Shown here: piece by piece, positions 59,987-64,000 of the stretch | How the letters are laid out: the number at the start of each line of letters is the position of its first letter | How positions within the stretch are numbered: the first letter of the stretch is position 1 | Source: Chromatiales bacterium | GTDB taxonomy: Bacteria > Pseudomonadota > Gammaproteobacteria > Thiohalospirales > Thiohalospiraceae | Assembly (NCBI GenBank): GCA_026982395.1 | Contig: JALSHD010000100.1 | Coordinates: forward strand, 27 to 64,026 | Direction: 5' to 3' | Length of the DNA: 64,000 nucleotides | The notes under the pieces: model-generated | What the model was told of the DNA's origin: nothing | What the model saw: only the letters and a program-made list of their open reading frames with translations | The model's database searches: none | Made by a program: the position numbers and the translations under genes

Positions 59987-60294
59987 GCGGGGCGTATATC
60001 GGAAAAATGGCGGATGGCAGCTGGCAGGTGTATGGCGAACTGGATTTTGCCAGTGTACCGGGCTTGCTGAAGCGCAGTGATGTTGTTTTTGAACTGGATG
60101 ATGACGAACCGTTGCATATCGACCTGTCCGGAGTGCCACGAGCCGACAGCGCAGGTCTGGCTTTGCTTGTCTGCTGGGTTCGACAGGCGAGACAACGCAA
60201 TATGCGGGTAGAATTCCGCAATGTTCCGGATCAAATGCTGAAAATAGCGGGCGTCAGTGGTTTGAGCAGCATTCTCCCTCTGACTGAATCCTGA
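59983..60294 (+). CDS. mlaB: STAS-domain protein MlaB
   Basis: 103 aa. VPRADSAGLALLV is an STAS-like motif. Last gene of the mla operon. Confidence 0.75.
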   Translation: MSGAYIGKMADGSWQVYGELDFASVPGLLKRSDVVFELDDDEPLHIDLSGVPRADSAGLALLVCWVRQARQRNMRVEFRNVPDQMLKIAGVSGLSSILPLTES

Positions 60295-60401
60295 TGCTGT
60301 CACCAAACCCGGAGAATGAACTATAATTAACGGGTATAGCCATATAAAATAACAAACAATTTGTCTTGATGTGTCACAAGATTGGGGGCAAAATTAAAGC
60401 A

Positions 60402-61715
60402 ATGAAAATTTTTGCTGCCATATTTCTAACCTTATTGTCTGCTGTCGGGCTGGCGGAGCCGGTACAGGTGGGTGACGTGCGTCTGTGGCAGTCTGCCGAG
60501 AAGCTGCGGGTGGTTTTTGATATCGGTGCTCCACTGGAGCATAATCTGTTCCGGCTTTCCGACCCGGAAAGGGTAGTCCTCGACCTGGCAAATGCCCGGG
60601 CCAGTGCGAAGCTGGCGGTTGTCAAATCTTCCAATGGCTGGCTCAAGCGGATACGTACCGCACCGCGGAACAGCAGTGATTTACGCTTGGTGCTGGATTT
60701 GAGCCGCCCGGTTACTCCAAACAGCTTTATCTTGAAACCCAACCAGAAGTATGGTTACCGCCTGGTCGTTGATCTTGTTTCCAAGGGAGCCGCTTCTCGC
60801 GTAGCGCCCAGGAGCGTGAAGACCAAACCTTCGCCCCGGCGCGGACGGGATGTAATTATTGCTATCGATGCCGGACACGGTGGAGAAGATCCTGGTGCGA
60901 TAGGGAAGGGGAAAACCCGCGAAAAAGATGTCGTGTTGGCTATCGCGCGTAAACTGCAGACCCTGGTGAACAGGGAACCCGGTATGCGAGCCGTTATGAT
61001 TCGTGAAGGGGACTACTATGTTGGTCTGCGTGATCGAATCAAGAAAGCCCGGGAGCACAAGGCTGACCTGTTTGTATCCATCCATGCCGATTCGTTCAAG
61101 AGAAGCAGCGCACGGGGCTCTTCCGTGTTTACCCTCTCATCACATGGTGCTACCAGTGAGGCAGCCCGCTGGCTGGCCGAGAAAGAGAATGCGGCGGATT
61201 TGATTGGCGGTGTAAGTCTGGATGACAAAGATGATGTGCTGGCCTCGGTGTTACTGGATCTGTCGCAGACTGCAACCATAGAAGCTAGTACCACCGTCGC
61301 CTCCAAGGTGCTGAAACATCTGGGTGAAGTGAACAAGCTGCACAAGCCGTATGTGGAGCAGGCGGGTTTCGCTGTGCTTAAATCACCGGATATTCCCTCT
61401 ATTTTGGTAGAGACCGCCTTTATCTCAAATCCCAAAGAGGAGCGTAAACTGAAGAGCACTGCTCATCAGAAAAAGCTTGCCAGCGCTATTTTGTCGGGTG
61501 TGCGCTCCTATTTCCGCAAATATCCTCCGCCCGGAACTACCCTGGCGCTGCGGTCAGCCGGTGAGAAATATGTCATCAAACAGGGTGATACCCTGTCAAC
61601 CATTGCCCGGCGCTATCGTGTACGGATGGATGAATTGCGCCACAGCAACGGTTTGCAGGATGATTTTCTGAGAGTAGGAGATGTGCTGCTTATCCCCGGT
61701 ACACTGGGCGGGTAA
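60402..61715 (+). CDS. amiB: N-acetylmuramoyl-L-alanine amidase with AMIN and LysM domains
   Basis: Start chosen at MKIFAAIFLTLLSAVGLA. AMIN-like N-domain, Amidase_3 core (IAIDAGHGGEDPGA...SIHADS), C-terminal LysM (YVIKQGDTLSTIARRY). Upstream of mutL, as in E. coli. Confidence 0.85.
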   Translation: MKIFAAIFLTLLSAVGLAEPVQVGDVRLWQSAEKLRVVFDIGAPLEHNLFRLSDPERVVLDLANARASAKLAVVKSSNGWLKRIRTAPRNSSDLRLVLDLSRPVTPNSFILKPNQKYGYRLVVDLVSKGAASRVAPRSVKTKPSPRRGRDVIIAIDAGHGGEDPGAIGKGKTREKDVVLAIARKLQTLVNREPGMRAVMIREGDYYVGLRDRIKKAREHKADLFVSIHADSFKRSSARGSSVFTLSSHGATSEAARWLAEKENAADLIGGVSLDDKDDVLASVLLDLSQTATIEASTTVASKVLKHLGEVNKLHKPYVEQAGFAVLKSPDIPSILVETAFISNPKEERKLKSTAHQKKLASAILSGVRSYFRKYPPPGTTLALRSAGEKYVIKQGDTLSTIARRYRVRMDELRHSNGLQDDFLRVGDVLLIPGTLGG

Positions 61716-61815
61716 TTAATTCCCGGTAAAAACTTCTTTTTTGGGGTTTGGTCTTATGGTTGCTTGGTAGCGCCTTGGGTATAATGATGCCGGACTGATG
61801 CTTCGGCGTTTATTA

Positions 61816-63561
61816 ATGACCTCTTTTCCCCGCGTACACCGTCTTTCTGCCCGTCTGGCCAACCAGATTGCTGCTGGTGAGGTGGTGGAGCGCCCTGCTT
61901 CTGTTCTCAAGGAATTGCTGGAAAATAGCCTGGATTCTGGTGCCTCGAATATTCGTGTCGATATTGAAGGGGGAGGAGTCCGACTCATTCGCGTTCAGGA
62001 TGATGGTTGCGGCATCCATCGTGACGATATGGAGCTGGCGCTCAGCCGTCACGCCACCAGCAAGATTGAAGATCTTGCTGACCTCGAACGGCTATCCAGC
62101 ATGGGATTCCGGGGCGAGGCACTTGCCAGCATTACCTCCGTGTCGCGCAGCCGGATGGTGTCGAGAACGGCAGATGCGGAGGCGGGATACCGTATCGAGG
62201 TTGCGGGTAGCGAGCTGGAGGGCGTGCTCTCTCCCCAGGCACATCCACCGGGAACAACCATTGAAGTGCGTGATCTGTTTTTCAACACACCGGCACGGCG
62301 TCGTTTTTTGCGCAGTGAGCGCACTGAACTGGGCCATTTGGAGGATGTGTTCAAGCGGGTAGCGTTAAGCCGGTTTGACATCAATTTTTCGCTGAACAAT
62401 GGGCAGCGAACGGTATATAAATTGCGCGCTTCTCAGGATGTCAGGGGACAGGAGCGGCGTGTTATGCAGCTGTGTGGCAAGGCATTTCTGGACCACACAC
62501 TGCGTATCGAATTTGAAACGGCCGGGGTGCGTTTATGGGGCTGGATAGCAACGCCGGATTTTGCCCGAAGCCAGACCGATCTGCAGTATTTTTTTCTAAA
62601 TGGGCGCACCATTCGGGATCGCCTGGTCAACCATGCCATCCGTCAGGCCTATCAGGATCGCCTGTACCAGGGGCGGCATCCGGCTTACGTCCTGTTTCTG
62701 GAGATGGCACCAGAACAGGTAGATGTGAATGTACATCCCACCAAGCATGAAGTTCGGTTTCGCGAGGCCCGTCTGGTACATGATTTTCTGGCCGGCAGCC
62801 TGCAGCGGGCCATGGATGGCGGCGTTGAAGCGGCTCGGGAAACACAAACGGATAACCTTGTTTTTTCTTCTGAAACAGCATCCCGCAGTCCGGGATTGTC
62901 TGGCCGGGAACCTCCGCCAGCCAGGAACCAAGCCGTTCCCTGCGTACGTGATCAGATAGCTGCCTATAAAAAACTGCATGAGCCGATACAGTCTGAGCAG
63001 ACTGAAAAAACACAGCGCTCGCTGGGCAAGGTGCTGGCCGAGCTGTATGGCAGCTATATTCTTGCCCGGCGGGGTGACAAGCTGCTGCTGATTGATATCT
63101 TATTGGCTCGAGAATGTCTGTTCAGAGAACGGCTGTCGGTTTCTGCGAGCGAAGGTATTATATCTTCACAGCCCTTATTATTGCCGATCCAGATTAGATT
63201 GGAGAAAAACCAATATGCGGCACTCGAGCAGTACGGCGATCGGATAGCTGCACTGGGTTTTGAAATCAGCCACATGGGTCCGGAAGCTGCAATGGTGCGT
63301 CAGCTTCCCGCATTGTTACGCGATTGTGATGCCGGAGTTTTTTTGCCGGCTCTGCTGTCCGAACTGGCGCAACAGCCAATTGGGGGAGAAGATATGATTC
63401 CTGCTGTAGCCAGACATGCTGCCCGGGCAGTAAATCAGCCTGCCTCTCCTGGTGACTTGGACCTTCTGTTGCAGGAGCTCGGACCTCTGGCGCAGAAACA
63501 GAGCGGGTCGCATATCTATGTAGAGCTGAAGCGGACAGATCTGGATAAACTGTTTTGTTGA
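61816..63561 (+). CDS. mutL: DNA mismatch repair protein MutL
   Basis: LANQIAAGEVVERPASVLKELLENSLDSGA is the GHKL ATPase motif I. I prefer the start at 61816; 61798 is an alternative. The C-terminal dimerisation domain is present. Confidence 0.9.
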   Translation: MTSFPRVHRLSARLANQIAAGEVVERPASVLKELLENSLDSGASNIRVDIEGGGVRLIRVQDDGCGIHRDDMELALSRHATSKIEDLADLERLSSMGFRGEALASITSVSRSRMVSRTADAEAGYRIEVAGSELEGVLSPQAHPPGTTIEVRDLFFNTPARRRFLRSERTELGHLEDVFKRVALSRFDINFSLNNGQRTVYKLRASQDVRGQERRVMQLCGKAFLDHTLRIEFETAGVRLWGWIATPDFARSQTDLQYFFLNGRTIRDRLVNHAIRQAYQDRLYQGRHPAYVLFLEMAPEQVDVNVHPTKHEVRFREARLVHDFLAGSLQRAMDGGVEAARETQTDNLVFSSETASRSPGLSGREPPPARNQAVPCVRDQIAAYKKLHEPIQSEQTEKTQRSLGKVLAELYGSYILARRGDKLLLIDILLARECLFRERLSVSASEGIISSQPLLLPIQIRLEKNQYAALEQYGDRIAALGFEISHMGPEAAMVRQLPALLRDCDAGVFLPALLSELAQQPIGGEDMIPAVARHAARAVNQPASPGDLDLLLQELGPLAQKQSGSHIYVELKRTDLDKLFC

Positions 63562-63613
63562 ACGGACTCTGCCGCCGTAAACCCGGGATAGCTACCATTT
63601 TTTTGTCACTTGA

Positions 63614-63849
63614 GGGCGCCTCTGAAAATTGTGATTTTTCCGCGAGAGCAGGGAACCTCTGCGTACACGACTGCATGGATGCAGGAGATATGAGCCCATG
63701 AATGGACGAGGTAGAACGAAGCAGGAAGCCGGAGTCGAGAGGAATGCATGGAGTAACAGGCGGAAACCACGGTGTATAAGTAATACATGAGGACTCGAGC
63801 ACGGAGCTGACGCCGCTATTGAGGAAAAAGCGTATTTTCTGGCAATACA
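63614..63849 (-). mobile_element. About 236-bp MITE-like element, family 2, copy C (inverted orientation, one end degenerate)
   Basis: The reverse complement aligns along its full length with copies A and B. The core TTCCTGCTTCGTTCTACCTCGTCCAT is conserved. The end at 63614 (GGGCGCCTCTG) is intact; the end near 63849 has diverged. Confidence 0.75.
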
Positions 63850-64000
63850 CTAATTTCTCTTCATAGGCAATATTATGCTGTTTTTACACCTCTGTGTCTG
63901 ACCAATCCCCACGAAATACCCAGCAAAATCAGTGAAATAACATCAAAACAAAGGAACTTTCACGGCGTTTGATGATCAGATCCATCAGCAAACAAATTCA

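Noticed and set aside
61780-61785. TATAAT hexamer 12-30 nt upstream of the candidate mutL starts
   Set aside because: There is no acceptable -35 element at 16-18 bp spacing and no TG extension. mutL may simply be co-transcribed with amiB.

Overview
This is a 64-kb chromosomal segment from a Gram-negative bacterium, most likely a gammaproteobacterium. That assignment rests on synteny with E. coli: mlaFEDCB | yrbG-kdsD-kdsC-lptC-lptA-lptB-rpoN-hpf-ptsN-rapZ-npr, plus amiB-mutL and the presence of mutH. Almost all of the window is core or housekeeping genes.

Gene content, in order:
- 1-17.7 kb: an iron/TonB region. It holds a lipoprotein, a 1038-aa TonB-dependent receptor, a TonB2/Ttp-type operon (DUF3450, large MotA/ExbB, ExbB, ExbD, TonB, TPR protein), a divergent PhoX-like lipoprotein with a two-CXXCH protein, and feoABC.
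- 17.8-23.2 kb: mutH, a phzF-family gene, sohB and recQ.
- 23.4-33.6 kb: an MCP gene with a sigma-28 promoter, an amidohydrolase, dapE-arsC-like-dapD-dapC, an EamA transporter, mscS and an outer-membrane beta-barrel.
- 34-43.6 kb: a small Wzx/Wzy-type polysaccharide cluster (capD-like, wzb, wza, wzc, wzx, GT4, O-antigen-ligase-like).
- 43.7-46.7 kb: an IorAB-like molybdo-oxidoreductase and a second LMW-PTP.
- 46.8-63.6 kb: the PTS-Ntr/rpoN/lpt/kds/mla block, then amiB-mutL.

I found no rRNA, tRNA, CRISPR array, transposase, integrase, phage gene or recognisable defence gene.

The main sequence not explained by genes is two or three families of non-autonomous, MITE-like terminal-inverted-repeat elements:
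- Family 1 is 152 bp, family 1b is 176 bp with the same termini, and family 2 is 235 bp.
- Together they give about eight copies or fragments, all intergenic.
- Several sit exactly on or supply the stop codons of lptB, dapC and the iorB-like gene, and they fill the lptB-rpoN spacer.

I did not find a convincing novel multi-gene system. The best gene-level candidate is the uncharacterised PhoX-like lipoprotein plus dihaem-motif protein pair, which lies between the TonB2 operon and feoABC.

All functional calls come from motif and architecture recognition by eye. No database searches were run.
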